DNA of 64,000 nucleotides from Azolla caroliniana. Taxonomy: Eukaryota; Plantae; Polypodiophyta. Location: NCBI GenBank assembly GCA_043228905.1, contig JBHGNT010000005.1, positions 10,540,001-10,604,000 of the forward strand, read 5' to 3'. Position numbers and translations under genes: made by a program. The notes beneath the pieces were generated by a model. The model did no database searches. It saw only the letters and a list, made by a program, of their open reading frames with translations, and was not told the origin of the DNA. Below are positions 37,586-50,200 of the stretch, in pieces (positions within the stretch are counted from its first letter, which is position 1; the number at the start of each line of letters is the position of its first letter).

Positions 37586-38310
37586 CTAATTAGCTCTATG
37601 GCTAAGTGGTAGCTAATTAGCTCCTACCATAGTTTAGTATAGTAGCTAATTAGCTACTATCAAACTTTAATTGAGTAGCTAATTAGCTAACTGGTAGCTA
37701 ATTAGCTACTACCATAGTTTAATACATTAGGTAAGTGGTAGCTAATTAGCTACTACCATAGTTTAGTACAGTAGCTAATTATCTAAGTGGTAGCTAATTA
37801 GCTACTACCATAGTTTAATACATTAGCTAAGTGGTAACTAATTAGCTACTACCATACTTTAGTTGAGTAGCTAATTAGCTAAGTGGTAGCTAATTAGCTA
37901 CTACCATAGTTTAATACATTAGCTAAATGGTAGCTAAATAGTTTAGTACAATAGCTAATTAGCTAAGTGGTAGGTAATTAGCTACTAGCAAAGTTTAATA
38001 CAATAGCTAATTAGCTAAGTGGTAGCTAATTAGCTACTACTATAGTTTAGTATAGTAGCTAATTAGCGAAGTGGTAGCTAATTAGTTACTATCATAGTTT
38101 AGTAAATAGCTAATTAGCTAACTGGTAGCTAATTAGCTACTACCATACTTCGCTAATTAGCTATTTTGATATACTTAGGGAGCTAATTAGCTATTTTGGT
38201 AGCTAATTAGCTATTACTGGTAGCTAGTTAGCTATGGCCATATTTTGAGGTAGGTAATTAGCCATTTGGTTATGGTCATATTCAGAGGTAGCTAATAAGC
38301 TAACTAACTA
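37586..38310. repeat. TAGCTAATTAGCTA palindrome array inside the transposase intron
   Basis: Same units as 31300-33315; lies between donor GT (38351) and acceptor AG (37565) on the minus strand. Confidence 0.95.
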
Positions 38311-39294
38311 AGCTCAAAAGTCAAAACAAATGTTGAGATAAATGTAGATACCTGAGGTACCTCAAGAAGATGAATGGGATGCTCCCCGTATTGACTCCTT
38401 CCAACATGTTTCCTGCATAAATCCTTCTTATTGGGTGAAACTCTACTCTCATGAGTCCAAAATATTGTGATTATATCCTTGATTTCTGATGTTATGGGTG
38501 TCATTGGCTTACATCTTGTTGTTAGCTTTAGCAGACTAGCTCCTTCACCCAAGGAAACTATTCGGTTCAATGTATTGTACACACTTTTTCTATTAACACC
38601 AATTACCTTAGATAGCACACTGATGTTAATATCGTCAACATCACTATTAAGTAACATCATTAGACTAGACCTTTTTAAGACAAGATCATCTTCTGACCTG
38701 CTCATGGATACGAAACTATTACAGAGATTATTTACTAGTATAGATGTTATGTTTGCATTAAGACCATCACAATCAACTAACTTTGTTATCGATGGATCAT
38801 TTAATATTCCATAAAGTACTACCTTCTTGTCTTCATTGTTGATGTGCTTGGTTTGAACATTGAAATAGTCGACAACCTTTCTCTCTATGACAGTAGTCTC
38901 ATTACTTCCATTCTCAGTGATATTTAGACCTATATCCCAACCAATACTATCTTTACCTTTAGTGAGTGTGGCTTTCGTATCCTTCAACAATTGACGATGT
39001 TTTCTTTTCTTTTTCTGCACAATACTTTCGTATCGCTTGTTGTGTCCTAATAGCGTCATCCCTATCCTAATGATAATTCAGGGATAATTCTCAACACCCT
39101 CCTTCCCCTTCCATTTGGCTTGACGGGTTTAAACCCTAATTTTCCCGATAAAAAGACACGTATTAAAGATGGCTATGGGCAACAACTATACACAAAAATA
39201 TTCCACAATACACAAGATTATATAGAACAATCAAGATAATCAATAGACAGAATAGTTATTCAAATCCAAGACCAAACAATGGCAGTAATCTAGG

Positions 39295-39690
39295 GTCGAA
39301 TAGTGGCGGCAACTGAGTGTAGAATGGCGGTAGTGGAGGAGTGAACTCTGTTTGATCAAACAGTTTTGACAATCCAGGACCGAACAATGGAGGCAACTGA
39401 GTGTAGAAGGACGGCAATGGAGGAGTGAATTCCGTTGGATCGAACTGTGGCAGATGGTGCTTGGAATGCATAGTGACGACAACTGAGAGTAGAATGGCAG
39501 CAGTGGAGAAGGAGTGAACTCCTTCGGATCAAAAAGTGGCAGCAATACACCACCGAATAGTAGCAGCAACTAAGTGTAGAATGGCAGCAATGGAGGAGTG
39601 AACTCCGTCGGATCGAACAATGGCAGATGATACTTGGACCACTCAGTGTCGGTAACTGAGTGTAGAATGGCAGCTATGGAGGAGTGGACT
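39295..39690. repeat. 5 x about 86-bp tandem repeat upstream of the transposase
   Basis: Core caactgagtgtagaatggcagcaatggaggagtgaactcc starts at about 39310, 39394, 39480, 39567 and 39653. Confidence 0.9.
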
Positions 39691-40002
39691 CAATAGGGTT
39701 TAGCAACAATGGTAGTAATCTAAGCCAGAATACTCAACCAAAGATGGCCCACGTGATGTGGCAAAGGATCATGCATAATGGACCTAGGAATTCGGTATAT
39801 AATTTATGGTGCACATTTATGGTGCACAAATCAATTTATGTTTCACATTTATGGTGCTCATTTAATAATTAAAACTCTCTACTATTTTCAATGGTAGCTT
39901 TTTGGATAGCTAAATTATTAATGGTAGCTTTTTGCAAAAATGACTATTTATCAATGGTAACTTTTTACATAGCTAATTAGCTATGTCAAGGACATAGCTA
40001 AT

Positions 40003-40027
40003 TGTTTCCACTCGCATGCTTTCAACC
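40003..40027 (-). repeat. Right terminal inverted repeat
   Basis: tgtttccactcgcatgctttcaacc followed by TSD actt. Confidence 0.9.
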
Positions 40028-43000
40028 ACTTTCAAATGCGGCCTCTCTTGGTTGAAGTTCCATATACAAACGTTGAGATAAAGCATCTGCTTTTCCTTGT
40101 TGCATCCCAGGGCAGTATAGCATTACGACATCAAAACAAGTTAAGAACTACGCCCAACGAGCTTTTCGATGATTCAAGACGCGAGCACTTTGGAAGTATG
40201 TTAGATTTTTGTGATCATTGTAGACAATAATCTATTGAGAGGAACCCTCCAAAAAATGACGCCATTGTTGAAAAGAATCCACAATGGCAAGAAGCTCTTT
40301 GTCATGAATCTCATAGTTGATTTCTATGGCTTCAAATTTCCGTGAGTGAAAAGCCACAGGGTGCAGTTCGCTATCTTCACCAATCTGGGATAGTATTCTT
40401 CCGAGTGCGAAATCGATGCATCAGCTTTAAGTATAAAGCGCCTCATTAGATCCACATGCATTAAAATTGGTGCACTTGCTTTAAACTCTCAAATGCAGAG
40501 TTCGCATCTATACTCCATACAAATGGTCGATTCTTTTGCGTCAGTTGAGCGAGGGGCAAAACAACCTTTGAATAATCTTTGATGAACTCGCAATAAAAGT
40601 TTGTGAACCCCAAAAAACATTGTACATCTCGCACAGACTGTGGTGTTTGCCAAGCCAAAATTGTTTGAACCTTTGATGGATCCATAGAGATGCCATTTGA
40701 AGAGACTATGTATCCCAAAAATTCCACTTAACACTGGTTGAAACTACACTTCTCCAATTTTGCATAGAGACCATATTCTCGCAACCACTGCAAAACTTGG
40801 CAAACGTGTATCTCATGCTCCTCTTCAATTTTTGAGTAGATCAAGATATCATCCAAGTAACCTATGATGAAAATATCGTGGAAGTCTCGAAAAATATCAT
40901 TCGCCATATGTTGGAAAACTGTTGGTGCATTCATGAGATCAAATGGCATCATTGTATACCCAAAATGACCATAGCGAGTGTGGAACGCAGTCTTCCATTC
41001 ATCCCCAGGACGAATTCGAACAAGCTTGTAGGCACCTCAAAGATCTAACTTTGTGAAATATTTTGCTACGCTGAGGCATTCCAGAAGGCTTGAGATCAAT
41101 GGTAGATCATATCGGTTTTGAATAGTCTCTTTATTCAAGCGTCGAGAATCCACGACCATACGAAGCGTACCATCTTTTTTCTTAATGATAAAGATGGGTG
41201 CGCTAGCAGGAGACCTTGAATGTTGGATAAAACTGTTTGCCAAGTTCTCATCGATATATTCACGAAGAACCTCTAACTCCGTGGGCGAAAGGTTATAAAT
41301 TGGCCCCCATGGAGGCTCTTTTCCTAGTTGCAAATCAATCAGACAATCATATGGTCGATGCTCTAGTAGCCTATTCGCCTTCACCTTATTGAACACATCA
41401 AAGAATTCTATGTACTTCTTTGGTAGTTGGACCCCTAATTCTTGTGAGCTAGATGAGGGAGTTGCTAAAACCTCGAACACCAACATGTCTTCCTTCCTTC
41501 CATCCTCACATACTTGATGTATAGAGATTGTTGAAATCATGTGGGATCCTAGATCCTTTGTTGGAGTTTCAATAGACTAGGATTGTATTGTGACCTCTTC
41601 AATAGTTCTTTTTCTCCAATCAATAGTTGGGTTATGTAACTTAAACCAAGGAAGACCAAGAACTAGAGAGTTCTCTAGACTACTAATGATGTTGAATGAG
41701 ATAACACTAGCCAAATTACCTAGGACTACACGAATTGGTTCAAACTCTTCGACTATATCACCCGATGCGATAGGGAAACCATCTATGACTCCTACAACTA
41801 CTGGGTTCGGGAGCTTATTCAAGAGGATGTTTTGGGTCAATGCAAACTCACGATCCATGAAACAAGAATGGGCTCCAGAAACTAGGAAGGTAGAGGCTAG
41901 GACTCGATGACCTGTAGATGTGTTAAGCTTGACTTGTGCAGAAAAAACTCTACTAACTTGATATGATAAAATGGAACCACAACTAGGTACTGACTCTACA
42001 TATCTAGGATGGTCCAACCAAATGGCTCCTATTTTGGGCGGACTTATTCGTTTAACACATCCTCTAATTGGCTCAAGACATCAAATCTATTCTCAAGGCA
42101 TGGGCTATTAGGGTTAGTACTTGAGTTATTAGAAGTGATAGTAGAACTCAAGGTAGGGTGGTCATGTGCACTTACTTGGTAAACTTGACGTCTGGGTTTA
42201 TGTGGTCATTTCACGGCTAAATGTCCTAGACAATCACAATAGAGGCATAGGCAATGCACCCAAAGTTGTTGTTTCTGAGCATCTGATAAGGGCCTTCGGT
42301 GTTGTGTTGACTCTATCTCCATCGGAGTGGGACCATCCCTCGTAACGGATCTAGGAACTTGTGGCGGTGTTGCGACTATTGAAGCATACGTCTGTTCCGG
42401 TTGGCGGCGTAGCATTTGTTGACATTCAGAACGTCGCTCAAATAGATGATTATCACATCGCACAACTCGACTAGTGGCCTTTGTAAGAGACTTCGGATCT
42501 TTGTGGAAAGTAAGAAGAAGATATTTGACATCGTTATGCAAACCCTGACGGAATTGATCCATTAAGGCCGCCTCATCCCAAGGGATGTCGTATGCCAAGA
42601 GACGGAAATCTACTGTGTAGGCCGCAATAGGATGATCTCCTTGTCGGCGTCTTCGAATCTTGTTTATTGCTGTCATAGTGCTATCAGTGTCTCCTTAACG
42701 AATGCCTCAAAATCCTCCAACAATGGTGATTTCTTCTCGAGAAGTGGTGCAAACCATGCTAATGTTATACTGCTTAACAAGGTTCCTACTAATCCCACAC
42801 AAATAGCATTAGTTGGGTACCGATTGGGATGTAGCTAAATCACCAAACAGACTTGATTTAGGAAACCTCGAAACAAAGATCTGGTACCATCAAACTTGGT
42901 AGGGAGGCCAATCTTTGGTTCCCTTGGGGAGTTTTGAACCCCCGCTGGTTGTTCTCGTAATGTTAATATAGTAGCCTTAAGTTGATGAACCCGTTGTGAT

Positions 43001-43659
43001 AGCTCATATTGATGAGCTTTCTTGGTACTCACTTGTTGTAGATCCCCGAGTAGCCTTTGATTTTCTTGCTCTAATGCCACAAACTTAGTCGTGAGCATGT
43101 CGAGCTCAGAAAGGATACGCATATACTCTTGCTTGCTGACGGACTCCATAATTGAGGAGGGAAAAGAAAGAAGGAAAAAGAAGCAAGCTTGCTAGGGTTA
43201 TTGGAAAAGGAAAAAGTCTAAAGAATTCGGTTCAAACTGTCATGACTCGTGAGTAGGAGACATAGAAAGAGAGAGAGAGAGAGAGAGATAAGACTTGAAA
43301 TGGAAATGAGATTATATTATGAGGAAACAAGATTACAAATAGTAGGTTAAGGGCTAAAGATTGGTGTTGAACTGAATGAGTTGTGATGAATGCATGGACA
43401 CTTATTTATAGATCCTTATGGAGTATTCTAGAATATTCTAGAATATTTTAGATATATATTATAATAAATATAATAATGAAATATTCAAGGATGTTCTAGA
43501 ATAATTTAGAATGTTCTAGAATATTCTAAATATCTCGTAATAACTAAAAATATAATTATTATAATTACACATCATATATGTTATTACAATGTTTAAGGGT
43601 TCAACACATAGGCCAAGAAGTTGTGGGTTTGATTCCTGGTTAATGTTGTCTTCATGACA
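40028..43659 (-). mobile_element. Decayed chromovirus (Tcn1-like) 5' half: LTR 43238-43659, gag, PR, RT, RNase H; host of the DNA transposon
   Basis: LTR TGTCATGA...TCATGACA; gag EPKIGLPTKFDG and Zn knuckle CLYCDCLGH; RT KKKDGTLRMVVD and YLDD. Confidence 0.9.
43426..43526. promoter_or_regulatory. Heat-shock-element-like arrays in the chromovirus LTR
   Basis: TTCtaGAAtaTTCtaGAA (43426-43443) and GAAtgTTCtaGAAtaTTC (43509-43526), just upstream of a minus-strand TATAAATAA (43402-43410). Confidence 0.65.
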
Positions 43660-46340
43660 ATATGGATGTTGAGAATGACCAACTACCTAATGGGCAAAGG
43701 CTTGTGGGGTATGGTGAGCAGAGATGATGCTCAATCTAAAATCGATCAAGCTACAACCACTGAAGCCCAAATAAGACAAGGAAAAGAATGGGAAGAGATG
43801 AATAGGAAATTCATGTTCCTCATTTCACAAGTAATTAGTAATTCCATGGTAGGGCATATTCAACATCTAAAATTTGCTAAGAATGCATGGGAAACTCTTG
43901 AAATGATGTACATTCAACAAATACAAAAGCTAGGAAACTTCAACTAAAAAATGAGTCGAATACAATTAAAAAAAGTTCGAGTCAATCTATAGATGAATAT
44001 ACATTGAAGATCAAGGAGCTACGACATGCTTTAGTTTTTATTGGTACAATAGTTGAAGATGAAATTCTTCTGTGTTGTACTCTCAATGGATTGAGAGAAG
44101 ATGAAATATGGAAGCCTTTTATAACTTCCATGAATTTGAAAGATGAATATCCAAAGTTTCATCAACTAATCCCTCATCTTGTCATAGAAGAGCTTGGCTT
44201 TGGTGATTTCAAAGGGAAGGATAGCTACAACCATGTGTTGTATGCAGGTCAAGGTAAAGGAAGGATTTCAAGAGGAGGCTCTAGAGGAAAAGGAAGAGGT
44301 CACACCAACTTCACCTGCAATCAAATTAATTTGGAGGAAAACAAGGATAGATCAAATGACAACACAAAAGGGAGAGGCCAAGGAAAAGTTAGACGAAGAG
44401 GTCTAGGTTTCTACAACTCCCACAAAGGTATAACATGCTATCATTGTGGTAAAATAAGACATTATGCTAGTGATTGTTGGCTAAAAAATGGAAGAGCAAA
44501 TGGAGGAAATCAAAGAACTCAAAGCAATTATGCAAGTACCTCAAGCGAAGGAGTAAGGATACATTACTTGCAATGAGTCATGAGTTTAAAAGCTCTTATG
44601 AAGATGATGGAAAATGGTATATTGATTCAGGTTGTAGTAATCATATGTCATGCCAGGGAAGTATGTTCATTAATTTATAGATAACAAATGGGAAAGGATG
44701 TGTTGAGACAGGTGATGATACTCAACACACGATTGAACACATTGGAGATGTAAGGCTTGGAGACACAAGTAAAGCAAAGGTATTATCAAATTTTCATCAT
44801 GTTCCTACAATTTCAAAGAACTTGATTTCAGTAGGACAAATGGTAGAGAAGGGTTATCATGTCATATTCAATGAGAATGGGTTCTTCATAAAGAATCCTA
44901 AAGAAGGTTTCAAGGTCATTGCTCAAGGTAAACGAGAAGGATGGATGTTCACCTTGGACATTCAAAATCCTTATGGAAAGGTCATGAAAATTAAATTTGG
45001 GGACAAGAAAATCTCGAAGTTAGATTTATGGTACAAAAGGATAGGACACATTAATATTCTAAAGCTAAAGAACATGAGCAAACATGAAGTGGTAAAGAGT
45101 TCTTCCAAAATTTAATAGTATTGGATTACATGAATTGTGTGAAACTTGTCAATTAGGTAAAGAAACAAGGCAACCATTCAAGAGGAGCTATTATATGGCC
45201 CCAAATGTCTTAGATTTGATACATACGGATGTATGGGGACCTACCCGAGAGTCATCAATGGCTGGTAATAGATTTTTGGTCACTTTCATTGATGATCATT
45301 CAAGAAAGGAATGGTTGTTTTGTATGAAACAAAAATCGGATGTGTTTTCTATATTCAAGAGATTCAAAAATGAAGTTGAAAAATAAACACGAAGGCATAT
45401 CAAAATCTTAAGATCCGATGGTGGGAGTACTTCTCCAATGAGTTTTCAGATTTCTTACAAGAGAATGGGATTAAAAGGAAGTAAGAACAAAAATGGAACC
45501 AATATTAGAAAAAGGCATTTTCATTGGCTACTCGATGGAGCAAAAAGGATATAAGTGTTATAACCCTATAACAAAGGAAGTAAGGCTCTCACGGGATGTG
45601 GTCTTTGATGAACTGAGACCAAGGTATGAAGATAAAGGAAAGGGAAAAGTTCTCGAAGAAGATTATGATGATTATGTATGAACTAATCAAAGTGAAGTTC
45701 AACAATCGAGCATAGAAATTTCATATCTAGAGGCATCTACATCAAAAGAAGAGCATTCATCATGGAAGGAAAGACATGAAAGTCATCCTATAGCTGACGA
45801 AGCAAGTGTTGTTGGAAATAGTGAGATAAACACAAGTGAAGTTTAAAATGAAGAGATGACCACTTCTAAGCTAAACCCGAATAGCTTGAAGAAACAACAA
45901 TCTAAAGGCAATGAAAGAAGATCATCAAGGATAAGGTATCCAATTCAAAGGTTGACTTATGATAGTTTCATGGCAAAACATTTTGAATATATGATGCAGG
46001 TTGTCAAAGACAAAGAGCCCGAGACGTATGAAGAAGCTTGTACACAAATGGAATGGAAGCAAGCTATGAAAGAAGAGATCAAAGCTTCCAATGATAATCA
46101 CACATGGGATCTAATGACAAAGAAAGAAGGTATGAAAATCATTCCAAACAAATGGGTGTTCAAGGTGAAGAGAAATGTTGACGGTTCATTAGCTAGATAC
46201 AAAGCCAAGTTGGTTGCAAAGGGTTTAAACAAACACAAGGCATAGATTATGATGAAATTTTTAGCCCGATTGCAAAGATGGGGATAATTAGAACCTTGAT
46301 AACAATCAGTGCTTCAAAGAGGTGGCCATTATATCAACTA
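43660..46340 (+). pseudogene. Decayed Copia gag-PR-INT-RT fragment
   Basis: CYHCGKIRHYASDC, WYIDSGCSNHM, IHTDVWGP and RYKAKLVAKG motifs with many stops. Confidence 0.85.
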
Positions 46341-46407
46341 TGAAGGCAACACAAGGATTACGGTTTAGGTCAAAAACAGAGAGGGAGAGAGTCTAAGTGA
46401 GAGACAA

Positions 46408-46458
<51 letters not shown>

Positions 46459-47296
46459 CGTTGTCTTGGGTACAAACAGTGTACCTCTTTTTTTGTTTTT
46501 AGATATTATGTATATACAAGTCAAAAGTGTGCTACGAGTGCGTTCACACTCGTGCACTAATAAAAGGCCTTTATTCCCAATAACCTCCCACCTAAAGGCA
46601 ATGTGTTGTGAGAAGAAAAAAAAAGTCAGCTAAGTCCAGGTATGTACAAAGTTGAACTACATACATCTATCCAAATTCCATCATCTATCGGCAATGAGCA
46701 AATCGCTCAACTGGAAGACCCTTCGTGAGCAGATCTACAAGATTATTATTTGTATGTACTTTGACAAGCTCAATATTCTTGTTGTCAAGTACATCTCTGA
46801 TCAAGTGATACTTCACCTCTATGTGCTTCGTCTTTGCATGAAAAATGGAATTCCGAGCTAGCATGACAGCACTTTGGTTGTCACAATGAAGAATAGGTAA
46901 CTCTGTAATGTCAAGATTTCTTACTAGATATGAAAGCCATAAAGCCTCTTTGCATGCTTCAGTGGCAGCAACATACTCTGCATCTATAGTAGACAATGCA
47001 ACACACTTCTGTAGTCTGGAGATCCAAGAGACCGCTCCTCTTGTGAAAGTAAACACATACCCAGAAGTAGACTTCCTGCAGTCTGCGTGACCAGCATAGT
47101 TCGCATCCGTAAAACCAATGACAGATTCTTTTTGCTTTCTAAAGCAAATGCCCAAGTCATTTATGCCTTTGAGGTATCTCACAATACCTTTCACTGCTTC
47201 CCAATGCTTTTTGTCTTGATTTGGCATGTAAAACCAAGATACTCATGTTGCCATCTCCTGCCTTCTTGGTGTACAAGCAATGGTCCAATGTAGTGA
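46341..47296 (-). mobile_element. Copia 3' end: LTR 46341-46582, PPT and RNase H
   Basis: (GA)n-containing LTR, PPT acctcccacct; ORF 46685-47227 with FTDANYAG, SRLQKCVALST and HAKTKHIE. Confidence 0.8.
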
Positions 47297-50200
47297 CCAA
47301 ACGCATAATCTTCCTCATATTATCATGTTAGGAAATAATAAGAAGAAAGAGCCCCAAAAAGTACACACACCGACAGCAAGATGTTGTAGACGGAGGAAGA
47401 TAGACCCCTTGGTCGTGACTGACGAGGCCAGTCGGCGCGCAATGGAGGTGGCCGACAGGAGAAAGTTGGAAGGCATGGTTGTAATGCCAACAGTAGTTTT
47501 GGACCCTCCGGAAGCAGGGGAAGTTGAGGCGGCGCAAAAAACCTGCAAGGAAAGCCTGCCATGGAATGTTGGTATTGTGGTAAGAAAGGCCACGGGGAGA
47601 GCGAGTGTTGGAAGAAACATGCCAATTCGGAAGAAACCGCATCCAGCTCCGAGCGGACCGAACAAGGAAATCGGCAGCGATTGCACTACGCCAAGGGCTT
47701 TGAACGAGCCGAAAATGGATCGGGCCCAACCTTCATAATGAAGCACAATGTCACTTTGATGGCGGTGAACACCTCGAAACCGAACGAGGTTTGGTATGTT
47801 GACTCCGGAGCGTCAAATCATATGACAAGTCACGAGGAATGGTTCTCGTACTTGGAGAAACCAAAAAACCAAGGAGTGGTCAAAACTGGAGACGACACTC
47901 CGCATACCATCGAACATGTCGGTGAAGTTCCCCTCAGCCACGTCAGGCAGAAAGGGAAACACATGATCGTGCTACACGTCTCGACAATAACGAAGAACCT
48001 GGTGTCAATCAGACAGATCATCGACCAAGGGATGCAAGTTTGGTTCACTCATCTCAGTTGCTACATCCAAGAGGAAGGCAAAGTCGTTGCGCAAGGGCAC
48101 AAAGAACGGAGGATGTTCATCCTCAACACCAATCAAGTTGGAACCGCATTGTTCACGAAAGGATAGAAGGTCGAGTCAGACATAGACCTATGGCACAAGC
48201 GGTTTGGCCATATTAACTTCCCGCGGCTTCGTGAAATGCAGACGAAGAACATTGTTTTCCGATTGCTGAAATTTAATGCTCGGAACACCCAAGTCTACGA
48301 AGCTTGCCAGCTCGGGAAGCAGCACCAACTTCCATTTCCCAACGAGCGTAATCGGAGTCGAAATCCTCTTGATGTGATCCATTCGAATATATGCGGACCG
48401 ACACATAATGTGAGCATCGGAGGAAGCCGTTACTTCGTAACCTTCATCGATGACTTCATTCGGCACACTTGGGCATGCTTGATCGCGAAAAAGGGCAAAG
48501 TCTTCGCATATTTCCTGAAGGTGAAGAGCCTTGCAGAAAAGGAAACCGGGCGAAAGATCAAGTGGCTAAGGTCCGATGGCGGGAAGGAGTACTTCTCAAA
48601 CCAGTTCTCGAGTTATCTACAGGAGGGAATTCGACACGAACTCTCGTGTAGATACACGCCGCATCAGAACAGCGTGGCCAAGAGGAAGAATCGAACGATA
48701 GAGGAGGCAGAAAGGGCAATGCTTGAAGAGAAGCATCTGCCAAAGTTCTATCGGGCCGAAGAGGTCAGAATAGTCGTCTACCTCCAAAATCAGGCATCTG
48801 CCAATGGAGTGTCGCCACATGAGTTGTACTTCAAGAAGAAGTCGAACTTGGCACACTTGAGGGTCTTCGGTAGCATCGCGTATGTGCATGTGGTAAAGGA
48901 AAAATGGAGGAAGCTGGTCCCCAAAGCCGAGAAGTGTATCGTGGTTAGCTACTCACATTAACAGAAGGTTTATAAGTGTTATAACCCCCAAACGAAACAA
49001 TTTCACGTAACTCGTGATGTTGTGTTCAGCGAGTTTACGTCGTGGTACTTACCTTCGCCTCCAACCCTTGACGACTCCATTCCGATCTTTGACGAAGAGG
49101 TCAGCGAGGTTGAAATGCCTCAGGATGAAGGAGACATCGGAGCTCTTAAAGAGATTCTGATCTCATTCAGGCTAACTGGGCTGAATGAGCAACTGAGTCG
49201 GCATGACCAGTCAAACGCAGAGTCGGTGAGTACTGGAGACTCGGTCGTGCATTCCCCACGCAGGAAACTGAGGAGACGGTTTATGCTCAAAGAGAAGGGA
49301 AAGAAGAAGATGCCGGAGTATGGCACTGATAAAGATGAGTCGAAGTATCGAAGTGAATCTGACTCTGAGAAGAATGAAGACGAACTGTCGGAAACAAAGT
49401 CCGCATCGGCCAAGAGGGCCTCAAAATCGGCTAATGAGCAATTACGCTGATCTACACGCCAGAAGAACCCTGTGGTGTGGTTCGGATACAACGAGTACAT
49501 GGTGCATCATTATGCGTACATGACGTGAGTGACGGAAGTGCGTGAGCTGGAGAGCTGTGCAGAAGCGGCGAAGGATGCAAATTGACGTCCCAGCTCGCTG
49601 CATCATTCGACATGAAGGACCTCGGGGACCTTCATTACTTCCTCGAGATCAAAGTGATCCGTGCCCCTGAAGGCATACTAATCAGCCAATGACATTATGT
49701 GTTGAGTATGCTCTTCAAGTTCAGGATGGCAGACTGTAATTCCTTCTCAACTCCTTTGGACAGAAACACCAAGCTTCGTTGAGATTCGAGAAAGGCATGT
49801 GACCCAACACGGTTCTAACAGATTGTCGAAAGCCTAATTTATTTGACGATCACTCAGCCGAATCTCAGTTACCCGTTCGGCCTAATTAGTCAAGTTATGT
49901 CACAACCCACGACTGAACACCTTCAGTGCGCGGAAAGGATATTGTGGTATGTCAGCGGCACTAAGGACATGGTGTTGCTATATCGGGCAGGAGTAGCCGA
50001 GCAGTTAGTCGATTACACGGATGCTGATTGGGCCGGAAATGCCGGCGATCACAGATCAACATCTAGATATGCATTTTCATTGGGAAGTGCGGCGATCACA
50101 TGGAGCAGTAAAAAGCAGCCGACAATGGCACTGTCAAGCACGGAGGCTGAGTATTGAGGAGCGGTTGTCACTACATGCGAAGTCATCTGGCTCAAGAGGC

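Larger units (their letters stand above)
35404..39059 (-). pseudogene. Sola2-like DDD transposase (exon 39059-38352, intron 38351-37565, exon 37564-35404 split by a solo LTR)
   Basis: Phase-0 splice PQ|VDLFIRFRWMHPNIKVQLRTFECLKPHFVR...TCCCIYH. Catalytic-type motifs HWVRSDGASSQFKARR and W(N)FFGSGHGKGEHDGVG..IKR; C-terminal IPELRSLH...CFCFHC. Frameshift at about 37015, a stop at about 36023 and an internal deletion at about 37140. Confidence 0.8.
24711..40027 (-). mobile_element. Full-length Sola2-like DDD DNA transposon with passenger ORFs
   Basis: TIRs GCGTAAAAGCATGCGAGTGGAAACA and (reverse complement) GGTTGAAAGCATGCGAGTGGAAACA match 22/25. TSD ACTT at 24707-24710 and 40028-40031. The flanks rejoin to the uninterrupted sequence at 13141-13190. 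Internal transposase present. Confidence 0.88.

Noticed and set aside
38304-38351. C-terminal tail VSTFISTFVLTFELS of the 251-aa ORF
   Set aside because: Read-through into the intron after the CAG|GTATCT donor.
24711-40027. CACTA/EnSpm, hAT or MULE assignment for the DNA transposon
   Set aside because: No CACTA termini; the TSD is 4 bp rather than 3, 8 or 9-11 bp; the transposase motifs differ.
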